Under the pieces are notes generated by a model. It searched no databases. It was given only the letters and a program-made list of their open reading frames with translations, and had not been told where the DNA came from. 64,000 bases of DNA from positions 310,001-374,000 of the forward strand of contig QPGO01000004.1 in NCBI GenBank assembly GCA_008632985.1. The letters are read 5' to 3'. The position numbers were made by a program, and so were the translations under genes. This document shows positions 45,600 through 58,299 of the stretch, in pieces. How positions within the stretch are numbered: the first letter of the stretch is position 1; every line of letters starts with the position of its first letter. This DNA is from Psammoneis japonica (taxonomy: Eukaryota).

Positions 45600-48500
45600 G
45601 CCTTTGCTTGGTAGAGGGTGGGTGTTGCTGGGTGTTGCTGGCTTTGGTGCCCCGGGCAGGTGAGATGCAGTTGGCAGCTGTCAGAGCAGTGATGATGTGG
45701 TGGCAGCAGCTGCTCTGTGCTGCTGTGTGGCTGTGCTGTTGGCTGCTGTGTTTTGCTCTTCCCCCCTCCTTTTCTTTCATGCAAAATGCTGCTCTGGGAG
45801 GGGCGGCAGTGCTCTCCAACAGAAGCTGGCAGCTCTCTTCTTCTGTGAGCCCAGCAAATGAGCAAGATGACAAAGCATCATTATTTTGGCAACGTTGGCA
45901 CAGTGTGGCTTGAAAATTGCTTGGCCATGTCAGGCTCACTCTGTGTCAGCATGACTTTCATGGACGATTTTTGGACAAAGTGAGGTGGCATGATGAAGTT
46001 GCTGACAGAGTGGAGGGCAGGCAACTTGCTGACTCTTTCAAAGTCAAAAGGGATGATGGTGCAACACATGCTGCTTTTGTTTTGCTCTCTAGCTGTGGGC
46101 AGCTCTTTCCTGCTCTTGAGCCTGCTGGTGGTGGCCTCTGTTCCTGAAAACAAAAAAGCTCCCCCAAACAAAGGAAAGCCATCATGCACAGCACTGTTGC
46201 AAGCAGGGCTTGCTTTGGCATTAGCTTGCTTGCTTGTTTGGAGGACTCATTTTTGGCAACGGGCTTGTGACCAACATTCATGTTGCAGCAGTGGAGAAAA
46301 AAACCCATTTCTTTCACAAATTGTGTGTCCCCTGCAGTTGTCAGCATTGCTTGGTGATTTTCTGCAAAGCAAGCAGATCTTTTCCATTTGGAACAAGGCA
46401 AAGAAGGCAAGCTGGTGGCAAGAAAAGGTGCTCTCCTTTGGCCCAAGCACCATGCTGCTTGGATGGAGATCACCCAGCAGATGGTGAGAGCGGTGTGGCA
46501 GGAAGGGGCTTCTTTAGCAGCACCAGACTTGTCAGCTGTGTCACTCAAGCTGGGGTGTTTAGTTCAGTCTGCCATGGCTGCCAGTTGTTTGTGGCACACA
46601 AACAACTTTTTTGACAACAGTTCCTTGTAAGAAGAACAAAGAGGGCAAGCTTTGCAGCACCACTTGTGCCCCAAGTTGACATTGCAGAAAGAGCAAGGAG
46701 CGCAGAGAGTGGAGAGCAGCAAGTGTGTCTGCTCATCACAAGAAGATGCGCACAGTTTTTGGTTGTCAAATGAAACACAGCAACTGTGTTCATGTGTTCA
46801 GTGCAATTTGGCTCATGTCATCAAATTTTTGATGTGGCCATTTTCCATTTTTTTTTGCAAAGGCCATGCAAAAGAAATGTCGAGCTGCTTCACCCCAACA
46901 ACACACAGTGTGTCATTTGTGGCACTGACTGGAGCTGACAGCCCACCACATTTTTTCAAAAAGCATGGGTGGCTTGACAATGAACAGCAAGCTTGCTGTT
47001 GGTTGCCACAACTCTTGGCACAAAAAGCATCTTTGCAGCCTCGCTCCAAGCAACTTTGATCTTTGTGGGTTCCAGACACCTGCCATGCTTGTTGATGATG
47101 TGGAAACCAACAAATCATGCTTTCAATGGGCTGCAATTTAGCACCTGCCTTTTTCCACCCCCTGCATTTGTTGTCAGAGATGTGTTTTCAATGAGGAGCT
47201 GCAGTTTGGCACCTTCTTCCACCCCATGCTTTTGTTGTTGGAGAGTTTCAGGCAGCATGGTTTGCTTCCTTTCTGTTCAATGGCAGTGTTTGTCCATGAG
47301 CCTGCAAACAATGTCATGGGTCACTCCACTTTTTTTCAGCTGCACTTTTCTTTTGGTGCTTTTTGTGGAAAACCACACACAGGCTGTTGTTGTCCACAGC
47401 AATGGCTTTGGGTTTGGGACCAGCCCCCATGTTGACAAAAGAGCACCATCAAAAATGACATTTGTTTGTGCAAGGTGCTGTCACTCAATGATGCAGAACT
47501 GTCAACTTGGCTGCAAAGGTTGCCAAGCTCACATCATGAAGAGCCAAAAATCACTGCCAGCAACAGGAAGCTGCTTGATTTTTTCATTTTAAAGCAGATC
47601 ATTCTTGTTGCTGCAGTTCCACCAGTTTGTGCCAAAGTTTTTGCCATGCGGGTGATCATCGTCAGCACTGTTGTCATTGTCTCCAAAATTCAGCTTGGGC
47701 TGCTGCAGCTGCAAATTTCATTCTTGACCCTGCAGCAGAAGGTTTGCATCCCTGGGCATGTGATGCAGTGCATTCGCACTGACTTGGAAATCCACAGCAG
47801 CTCTGTGATGCCACAGACAGGCTGGGGGCACTCACTCTTGGCATGGCTGCTGCAGTCTTCCCTGAGACAACACAACAAGCAGCTTTGCATGATGACAAAA
47901 CAAGCAGCTGCACATGTGGCTGCCACTGCCAAAACAACATTGTCTGCTTGTGGAACACTCCAAACTTTTTTCCTGCACCACAGTGCTCCAGTTGTGAGCA
48001 TCACCCTCTGTCCAACCTGGTGTGCTTGTCTCCCATTTTGCTCAACACTGCCATTGCAGGCATGATTTGTCACCATGTTTTGCATGCACAGCTGCAAAGA
48101 TTTTGCCATTCTCTGCAAAACCTCTGCCAACAAGGTGCCATTCCCAACTTCTGCCCATGTTGCACTCTTTTCAGAGCACAGCTTTGCAGCCTCTTCTTTC
48201 ATTGTCAACTTCTCCCACACTTTTGCCAGCCACACTTTGAGCAGCAGTTTGAGTCAAGAGCCAATCATGACTGACCAGTGCTTCAGCCATCAAACATGGG
48301 GTGGGCACAACAACTGTGAGAAGACTTGAAGGAGCTCCAGCCAAAAGCACTGCACCCTGGACTGCAATCTCTCACTGTTTTTGCTCTTTCAAAACAAGAA
48401 AATGAAAAATTGAAAGAGAGCAAGTTGGCAAAGTGAAAAGCAGTGGTTGACCCCAATGATGGTTGGGCTGCATTGCAGTCAGGTGGTTGACAATAGAAGA

Positions 48501-51500
48501 GATGCAAGGGGTGCTGCAAATGTGAGAGAGAGGAGCAAGCCTCACACCTCTTGAGTTTGATCTGTCAGAAGCAACTGTGGGCACCTGGCAGGAAAGATGG
48601 GTCATTGTGCACAACACTGACAAGTGTGGGGCTGCCTTGCAAGCAATGGGGCATGCTCCATCTGTGGCATGATGCATGCATTGTTCCAGCAAACATGTGT
48701 GCCAAACTCTGTTTTGTCTGTGAGTTGTTCCAGAACATTCACCAAACTGCACCATGATCTGCCTCACCACATTGGAAAGCTGACTTGGGGGTCTTTTGTG
48801 CCAAGAGAGCAAAAGCATGGCAGCCACTGCAACCCAGTTGGCCACCAAAGGGCAATGTGCTTGCAGCTGGAGACCTGAGAATGATGACAAAATGGGCAAT
48901 CTCCTGTCACACAGGAGCGATGCTGTGAGCAGCATTCTGGCAGTGCTCAGCCCATGTCATGCTGCCATGTGCTTGCTTGAACAAAGACAAAAGGCATCTT
49001 TCTTTTCTTGTTGATGTCTCCAAGACACACTGTGGGCAGTGAACCCATGCACTGCCAAGGGCAACAACAGACTTTGCCCTCCCCCCCCCCTTCAAAGTTA
49101 GCAGCAGAAGCAAGGGAGCAGCTTCTCTTCAAACTGAAGTTCAAATTGCCCCCAATCAGCTGCTCCAACAACTGGGTTGCTCTCTTCATCTCTTGTGGTG
49201 CCCCATGGAACAGCACCACATGCTTTTTTCAAGTCTGAAAGCAGTGAAAGCTGAGCTCATTTGTTGATCTCTCAAAAGACATCTGTCAAACAGGAGCTCA
49301 AGAACCCTCTGTCAATGCCAATGGCACCATTGCCTTTGTGCAAATCATCTGAGCACAGCAGCCCTTCATGTTGATGAGATCAGTCTCTTCAGAAGAAAGA
49401 ACCCAGCTTCTTTTGTGAGCTTTTCATGTGGCTAGGCTGGGCTTGTTCACTTCTTGTGAGCAACCTTGCTCATCCAGATCAGAGACTTGTGTGGACAAAG
49501 GCCAGATGTTTTGTCAACAAATGTTCTTCTTTGAGATGGTGGTGCACCACTGGGTCCACAAATGTCTCACTTTTGTGGTCTGACAGCACACAATCTGGTC
49601 ATCCATTCATTGGCTTTGGCCAGAGCCATGCTGCAGAGAAAACAGTGGTCAAAATCAATGTTGTTGACAAGTTGAGGAACTTTGGATGTCATTTACAGAC
49701 AGAGATCAGTCCACCTGCTTGCTGAGATGGGTTTCCCTGCTGAGCTTTGGTGCACCAACTCTTCTGACATGAGCCAGATCTGATCCAACAAGGCTGGCAA
49801 GAGGAGTGAACAAGATGACAGCCCAACAAAACCCTTGGCAGTTGCACACCAATGAATGGCAGGGTTGATCTTTGTGCCAATGAGTTGGCCAGTTTGTCAA
49901 CAGTTTGCTCTTTTAGTTGGAGCCTGCAACAACAAGAAACAAGAAAAGAGAGTCTGTGCTCACAGCTTTTCCAGACATCAGCTGCACCCTGCAGCTTTCA
50001 GCTGAGCCAAAGACACAAGGTTGCTTGACATGCAGATGGCCAATTAGATTGCAGGTGTCATGGGGACAAAGCACACAACAACACACACAAAAGACTGTTG
50101 TTGACTTCAGGAGGAACACAACCGCTAATTTTTCAGTCAGCTTGTGCCAAATCTCTTTTTTGGAGCATGCCTGCACCACTTTGTTCACAATGCAGACCAA
50201 CAGAGCATGCAACAAAGTTTGTCAAATGCTGCTGAAAGCTCTGGACATGCATTGGTTGTCAAGACACAATGCCAAGAGATGATGCTGTGGCATTGAGCCA
50301 ATGTGCAAAAAAAAAATGCATTTGGTCTGTGTGCGCAACTTCTTGGCACCGCTTTTTTCCTGAAACGACGGTGTTCTTGAGAAGTCCAGACATTGTGATC
50401 TGCCCCCAATCAAAATCCAGCCCAGTGATTTGCCACACTCTGCTCACAAGAACACATTACCTCTGGTCCAAGGCCTCATTTCTCCCAGTCCATTCTGCAT
50501 CATTGGCCGCCAGCAGCAAGTCGACGCTGCTGCATTGCATTGAACATGTCCGACCACAACAAGATTTTTAAATTTTGTTCATTTTCAAGCACAAAACAAT
50601 TTCTGTTTTGTCAAACAATTTGTGATGTCTTTGAGTGATTTTTGTCATCACCATCAAAACTCTGACTGATTGACACCACTGCAAACCAAATGGCATGACA
50701 CCCAATGAACTGCAGAAATCTGGTTGTGGTTGTGCCAGCGCACTCCTCTGAAGATGAGAAACATCATTGCACAAATGCACAGCACTGTGTGTTCACCAAA
50801 TGACAATTGAGCAATGCAAAGCAGCAGTCTTGTCATTGGCAGGCAATTGGCAAAGCCCATCAAGCTCAAAGTCAGAGGTCCATTTTTGTGACCATTGCAA
50901 ATGAACACCTGCACACTGCAGATTTGCTTCATCAGATTGAAGCACAAAATGCAAATGTCACAAACAAACCCAGACATGCAACAACTTTACAAGGCCTGTT
51001 TTTAAAATTTTGCACAACAAATTTTTTGTGCACAATCTGTCAGATCATTTGCCAAAATGTGAAGTTTGCACTGAGCAAATGCAAAAACATTGCCATTGAC
51101 ATGTTCTTTTTAATGGCAAAAAACCTCCAGGCAACAGTTTTGAGAAATTTTGAACTGGGTTGAGTCAGTGGTTTAGATGAGAGTGTCGGGGTTATCTTTC
51201 TGGGTCCCTCGCCAGAGTTGGTGATGTTTTTTGTGGCATTTGATGCACAGGGCTGGCTGGTTGGTCAAGGCAACAACAGATGGCAGCCACATGCACTGGA
51301 GTGCATGCACCACACCATGGAAAAAATGTGGTGGGTGACACAAAGAAGTGGCAATTGCATGACGCAGGTGAAGACCACTGTCAGCTGCACAACGAGTGCC
51401 CCCCCCCATCACTCACTGCTTTCTTCTCTGTTGCAGCTGGTGGCTGGTGTGCTCTGGCAAAGCACAAGCCACAAGAAACCATGCCTGTCTTGAGCAAGAG

Positions 51501-52680
51501 CAAAAGAAAGCAGCAAGAAGAGTGGGGCAGTGTGGGCAGCAAGCAAGGCCACCAAGGCTTGCTCCCTGCTCTTTGAGCAGCCAATGCACAATGCAGCAAA
51601 ATTGATGAAAAGAAAGAGTGAGCTTGCAGTGCACAATTCTGGTGGCTTGCAGAATGCAACACACACTGCTTCTGCAGCAACTCTCCACTGCCCAGGAAGC
51701 TTGCAAGGGAAACCCCCTCTGTGCAAGGGGGGGGGGGGCACAGACCAATCTTTCCTCTGTTGGCCTGCAATCTGCAACAAAGGTTTGCTGCTGCCAGTGC
51801 CCCCCCCCCCCCAACCTCTGTTTGCCTTGCCCAGCCCATGTTTGTTCTTTGTGTCACTGGCAAAATTGACAAAATGGAGGTTTGACGCAACACAAGAAGT
51901 CTGTGTGACTGGATGCATGCATTGCAGCAGCACGATGCTCCTCACCATGCCCAGAATTTTTTGTAACATGAAACACAAAGAGGTCAACAGCCAACCCACC
52001 ATGATCTCAAAAACCCTGTGGGTCTCTCACAGGATCATCTCAAAACAAAAGTGACTCAGACTGGCAATTGTCTCAAGAGGGCCCACCATCACAGGCTGCC
52101 TCCTGAGAACTCTCCCCAATGTAACCCTCTCTGTGCACAAGGATGTGCAAAGTGACATGTGGTTGGTGCCAAAGCTTTGTTTCCATCCAGTTGTTGATTT
52201 TTTTGGCTTTTGCCAATCTGTGCCACTGCCCCTGCTGTTTTTTCCACACATGAAGGTTTGTTTCTCACCGGCTTTCAACCCTGCTTCATTTTCATTGCTG
52301 GCATCTTGCCACTGTGTGCTTCTGCAGTTTTCTTTTTCTGGCTGTTTTTTGGGTCATTTGCACCTGTGAAAATCATTGGTCCAAGAACATTTGTCATTGG
52401 CCTTGGGGCCAGCCTCGGCCTGTCCTGCTCCATTTTCTTGCACCAAGCATGGCAGTTTGTCTCAAAGCTCTGTGTCTTTCCATCCCTTCCTTGCTCCACC
52501 ACTGGTTGCTTTCTCCAAGCATTCCTGGTTGTGCTGTGCTTGGCCACCGGTGGGACCCTGCCTTCATCATGCACACCCTGGTCTTGCCCACCTTCATCAA
52601 CTCATGGAGTTTCTTCCAATGACCCCAGTTGTTCTCTCCAGGACCAACAGAATGACACCTCATTGCTCACAAACTTTTCA
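45600..52680. other. Hypermutated (TpA/CpG-depleted) block, probably nested TE remnants
   Basis: Near-absence of TA and CG over ~7 kb; no family could be assigned with confidence. Confidence 0.8.
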
Positions 52681-52983
52681 TTTTGGTTGCTACAGAGCTG
52701 TGACACAGTGTGGGCAGAGGGCTTTGATTAACCAGACTCCCACAGTCTCTTTGACGACCTGCCTCCTGATCAGTTTGTGCTGTGGCAAACGCCCAGCTGA
52801 TGGATTTAAGAAGTTGTCACCTGCAACCATCCCTGTTCCAAGAAAGCATAACGCCTCTTTGAATGTCGATGGTGTTGGCTGAATGAACCAATGCCGCAAC
52901 AGAGAATCAGGCAAGTTCAAATTGTCACACGCACTAGCGAAAAAGAACGGACACTGTTGTAATTTGTTGAAGTGAAATTCAGG

Positions 52984-54153
52984 TCAACCATTGTTCTTTT
53001 TAAAAGGTCCTAACAGATAAGAGGTTTGCGCAAGGGGAGATGGTTGGGGTCGATGAGGTGCCTTAGGGATGTCAAATTCTTCCTTGAGACGACGGAAAAA
53101 ATCGCAGTCGATGCGAATAAGTTCTTGGGCAAATTCATAAACCATAGTGTCAAGCGCATTCAGCATGCTGTAGTTTTCCCTGTTGTAAGAGTTGGAGTAG
53201 TTGCTGGCAGCAACACGATGATGCTCAAGTTCTGTCTTATGAAAGCCCATGAATCCAATTGTGTCCTCAAAGCAAACCTTCGACTCGACATTGATAATGA
53301 AATCAAATCGCGAAAGCATACGTCTCGCCATATTGACGTGACCAATTGTAGGCTGAAAGCCTTCCGGATAATCCGAGCTACCTGCGGTCAAACTCCACGT
53401 CATGTAGTTTGACTGAACAATCTGAAACCGTTCCGTCCTTTCCACATCGGTTAGGCTGAGCTTTCCTAAACAGGTCGGAGATAGCCACATGTTTACATTG
53501 CTAATTGCTCGCGCCACGGGTTCTCGAATCGAAATCGAATGAGCAAATTCAGAACAAAACAAATTGCCATCATGATCAAGCCATCGCTCGTTTCCAATAA
53601 AATCAAAGGAGGACTGTGCCGCTTCACGACACGACAGGGACTGCCGTGTAGGGCAATAGCTACACCAAAACGGACAGAGAGCTTTGTGACGACAGAGCTT
53701 TGGGGGCGCCTTGAGTCCATTGTCCATGGCTAGTCGACAGAGACTGGTCCCGCCCGTCTTTGGGATATGTAAGTTGTATTGTCTCATGTGAATCCGTGGT
53801 ATAAATGCCTTAGCAAAGTACTGAAAGTGACGATCAAAGCAAGACGGATCGGCCAGCGTGACGTTGTGTCGCAACTCGTTCACTTCCCACGGCTCCATCG
53901 TTCCCTGCTTGAGCATCTTTCCAACAAGATCACAATCAACTGGTGGTAAGGGATATTCAACAGGCAAAAGAGGCGAACTTGCTTCAATAACTTGAGCCGG
54001 CGGGGAATCGTCAGTGTACAACGCTTTCTGCCTCGTGTCCGCGGTTTTGACGCAGTCTTCGTCTCTCATCACATGGTAGCCCACATTAATTAATGTCGAT
54101 AAAACCAATAATAGGATGCCAATTTGATAGGTAAAGGGACTAGACCTTGCCAT
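52984..54153 (-). CDS. Sulfotransferase-like protein, paralog 2
   Basis: Same motifs as paralog 1; different C-terminal tail. Confidence 0.85.
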   Translation of the reverse strand: MARSSPFTYQIGILLLVLSTLINVGYHVMRDEDCVKTADTRQKALYTDDSPPAQVIEASSPLLPVEYPLPPVDCDLVGKMLKQGTMEPWEVNELRHNVTLADPSCFDRHFQYFAKAFIPRIHMRQYNLHIPKTGGTSLCRLAMDNGLKAPPKLCRHKALCPFWCSYCPTRQSLSCREAAQSSFDFIGNERWLDHDGNLFCSEFAHSISIREPVARAISNVNMWLSPTCLGKLSLTDVERTERFQIVQSNYMTWSLTAGSSDYPEGFQPTIGHVNMARRMLSRFDFIINVESKVCFEDTIGFMGFHKTELEHHRVAASNYSNSYNRENYSMLNALDTMVYEFAQELIRIDCDFFRRLKEEFDIPKAPHRPQPSPLAQTSYLLGPFKKNNG

Positions 54154-54633
54154 TGGAATTTCTTATGCGACCTTTTACGGTGTGTTTCGCTGGTGGGATT
54201 CAGCAACGCAACGGCAACAAAACGTAAACAACCTGCTGTTATTGATGCCGAGATCCGAGCTCGCGTTGATGCGACAATGCAATGGTGTTGTAAGTTGGAA
54301 GCGACCAAGCTGTTTTTCAGAGCGAGTATCCCTGACCCGCGCCGACTAATTAACCCTGTTGTAGCATTCAGAATGAAGGCGAGCAGTGTCATCGTGAGCT
54401 CCTTCTGGTTCAAGTGCGAAGTGCTGGGGTGCGCCATGCGACATCATGATGACATCAGACAGACACCAACCCGACCTCAAATGGGCATAACACACTGATG
54501 ACTTCGAGTTCACTGACAAGCTCATCCCTCCATCCGACTTCAAATTTTCAACCCATTTTCTCTCTCGTTTCTCACTGAAGTTGAGTGCCGCGTTGTACAT
54601 GTTGTTGAGCATAAGTCCTGACGAACGACGAAA

Positions 54634-57600
54634 ATGAAAGACATTACCAATTACTTCAGTAGCACCATGGGCATTCAATCGCAGAATCGAAAGAGCCCAA
54701 TGAAAAAGGCGAAGGAAAACGCGTGTTCTCGTCTCGCCCGCATCAGCACAGGCTCATCCCCATCAAAACCAGCCCCGAGGCAAGTTCAATTGAACGTATT
54801 TGGAACGGTTGACGACTGAGTTGATAATGGAAGGAAGGAATGCAAGAGATGCAAACAAGGTCCCACCTGCAAAAAGGGCCATGACGAGACCTGTCCCCAT
54901 TCAAAGTGCCACATGAAGAGTGGGATTGCGGTCGAGGCCGAGAAGAAACTCTGAGACCATGACAACATCAGCCGTAAGGTTCCGAGTGACATGAAACACA
55001 GTGGTAGAAATTTGGACCCTTCTTTTTTTTCAGCCAAGAAGCACTGTGGAACCCAAAAATGGCCCTCCACCCAATGCAAAGGACCCACCTCCGACTCCGA
55101 CTGCCGTGACGACGAACACCAATGCCACAACCAACTTGCTCGAACGCGACCCTCTCTCACCGGAAGCACTGAAAGAAGAAGTAAAAAAGTGGATTCCAAA
55201 ATTTTCTGCCAACAAGTCGGCCTGTCCAGCAAGCACACAAGCACTTGTGTTGCATCTTCACGACTTGTGCCCGTCCAGATTCAAGAGCGATTCGAATGAC
55301 ACAATTGAAGGAGACATCATGGATCGGAAGCTGCAATGGTGTCAGAAGAGTTTTCCTGTTGGAACTCCATCATTTGCTGTGCCACGAGATGACAAGTCCG
55401 TTGCTCCAGATGCTGTGTGCTGTGAGATTGAGGGTGTCACGATTTACATTGTGTGATGGGAACTCGACAGCATCGGCATCGAGTTGACATGTGTGGATTG
55501 TGGGGGCAGGCTCATGCACCAACAATTTGATGTCAAAAGAGGCTGTCCACTTGCTCCTGTTTTTGACATCAGAGGAACTGCTGATTGGGCCAGCTCCATG
55601 TGGTGCAAATGTGACAAGTGCGGATTGTCGTGTCGCGGCAATGACGGGCATCTCCTGCACTCTTTGCCGCTGCACCTGCAGATGGTGCACCCAGTCGATG
55701 TAAGGCATGCATTGACAAACAACAGCTTTCACATGATGAAGACTGCCACACGCCACATTGATCATGTGATGCAGCAGTGTGGAAATGGCCAGGCGATTTC
55801 GGCGTTCCTACACCGAATGAGGGCGGCAGCCTGCGAGGACATGGAAATGTCCCATTGTTCACAATCAAGAATCACAGCCAAGTCTAAAAAAACAAAGGCA
55901 CTTTCAGAGTTTGAAGATTAGGCTGGACAATGTGGACCAACAGGAGAAAATGTTTGGTCAATGCATGATGCTGTGGCTGCCTCAGAATTGACCGAGTGCG
56001 GTGTCTCGGACAAGATGCATCACACGCTAGAGATGCAGTTGGTTGGGAGCAGCATGAGTGTCGCGAGTGACCACACCTTTGATCAGTTGAAGAACCACTC
56101 TAAAACTGAAGCAACTGGACTCTTTGCTGTGGGGGTTGAGACCAGTGAGATTGGTTCTGCAGTTTGTGTTCCGTCCTTAGAAACCAAGGACTGTGCCCAC
56201 GCAGTGGAACAATTTGCAAAACGGCCAAACGTGCATCCAAAAGTTCATTTCTCAGATGCTTGGCCGAACAACGAATCGTTCTGGAAGGAAATGTTTGATT
56301 GTGAGATGGATTGTCGTCTTGGACTGTGGCACTGGATGAACTGCATCACTCGGACTTTGCAGAAGACACACGCTGACTTCGGAAAGGCGGTTTCGGATTT
56401 GAAGCTGGCTGTGCGACATGGCGAGGAGCTTGATGAAGCAAGGGCAATTAAGGAGTTGGCCTCTGGCAAGCTGAATGGGAAGAAGCACACCACCGAAGAG
56501 ATCCAGCAGCTCAAGGAGAGCAAGCTGTGGAAGAATTGTGCTCCTGACATTCGAAAGTCGGTGCCACCTTTGGAAGAAAGAAACAAAAATCTTGATGCAT
56601 GATTTCAGAAGTGCAAGTGTGCCGCGTCACCTGGGGCACCACCGGGGCAAGGATGATGTGACCCTGATTCTGGAAAGCCGCTCTTCACTGAGGACACAAA
56701 AGAGGCCACAGAGAATGGGAAAAAAACAGCTCCTGGTCTCTGTGAAGCAATGAGTCGGGACAAGATGTGCAGGGTGGTGCTGCCGTCGAAACACTCCAAG
56801 TCCCAATTGAACACATACAAATCAAATGTTGGCACAGAATCAAGACTCAAAAAGTGTCACAATCTTGTCAAAAATTTTGCAAACACCGGCATGAGATCAT
56901 CACTTGCCGATTGTTTGTCCTTGCAAGGGACGTGTGAGCACAACTGCGACATTCGTGAATGCATTAAAATTGATGAAATGATGCCGGAGGAATGCGCAGC
57001 GATTCCACATGCATTTCGCAGTGTGGTCGCTCACTGCAACCACAGCAGGTTGCATTTCATTGATGGGCTTGCCAGGCATGCTGGAGTGTCACATGATGTC
57101 CACCAGAATGTCAGACTGTTGAAGGAAGACAGTGGTGAGCGATTTTTTTCTGAGTGTGTGGATCAACCAGCGACACTTGACATGAAGGCACATGACAACA
57201 GCAAGGACGTCAACCGGTGTCCCTGTAAACTGTGCAGGGGAGCATCACCGAGGTCGCCGCGTGCCACCAGATCAAATCCATGCACCAAGAGGAGCAATGT
57301 AGAATCTATTTTGGAGCCACCAAAAAAGAAATTGGCGGTGTCAACCGATTTGGAGACACAACATGACACAGCGTCTCGCTCCAACATGGTGGCCAGTGCT
57401 GTGGAGGCGACAGCACCATGACCCACATCCTTGACGCCGACTCCTTCTGTCACAACAGCACCTCCAGCTTCCTTGCTTCAATTCAATCCATTTGTTGCAC
57501 CGGTGGGATTTGTCATGCCACCAAACAACCAGGCAATGCTGCCACCGATCAACAATTTCTGTTGTTTCAAAGCAGCCACTTTCCATCAGTCCAAACAAAA

Positions 57601-57670
57601 CATTTTGGGCACTGCAATGCGAGGAAGGGTCCCTCATGATCAATGGTGTTTGTTCAAGCAGTTTTAAAGC
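54634..57670 (+). mobile_element. Degenerate DDE DNA transposase (MULE-like / DUF6729-like)
   Basis: CKRC..H..C and CVDC..CDKC zinc motifs; SDHTF, TSEIGSAVCV, HFSDAWP, RLGLWHWM, GTESRLKKCH..FANTGMR..LAD. Largely collinear frame broken by stops. TA lost, CG partly kept. Confidence 0.55.
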
Positions 57671-58299
57671 AGTTTGTGCTTCATCAAATGCAATGCCAGG
57701 ACCAAAAATTGGGGCCGACGGAAGACGACAGAAAACCCTCACCATCGTCTGCATGATGTCAGCACTTGAATGCTAGATTGTTGATTGCAGTTTTTGTGCT
57801 TTGCTTTTCCTTGCTTGTTTTGCCACCACAAACTGCTCAAAACAATGCACTTGCAGCACCACTCAAGTCTCTTGACAGAGGCTTCCTTCTTCTCTGTCTT
57901 GAAGCATTGGCAAGGCTTGCTTCGCTTGCCTCCCCCCCCCCTTCTTCTGTCGGCACCCCCCCCCAATTTTCACGCACAGAGTGTTGCGTGCAGACGACTT
58001 GAAGATGCAAGAGATGCGAGTTTCTCTGAATGACCACCACCCTGACCAGGGGTGAGTGCCAGGGGGTGAGGGTCGGCGACTGCAGAGGAGCAGCGTGCGA
58101 CCATCCTGTGCAGCTGTGGGTGGGGACGCCGCAGAAATCACGTAAAAACAAAATTTCTTGGATCAAAATGGAGTCACCTCATTTGACAGAGGGTGTTCAG
58201 CAGAGGTGCTTGGAGCAAGGCAGTTGTCCAGATCAAGAGTGATGAAGTGGCCACCATTTTCTTGCACTTCGCCGTGCAACCACGACTCTGAACATTTTT

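Noticed and set aside
51720..51815. Poly-G/poly-C runs as G-quadruplex or inverted-repeat elements (also ~49080 and ~60465)
   Set aside because: Isolated homopolymers in decayed DNA, possibly lengthened by A->G/T->C changes; no supporting structure.
54405..58285. Possible TIR pair (GGTTCAAGTGCGAAGTGC versus GCACTTCGCCGTGCAACC) around the MULE-like element
   Set aside because: The match is short and imperfect, and no TSD could be identified.
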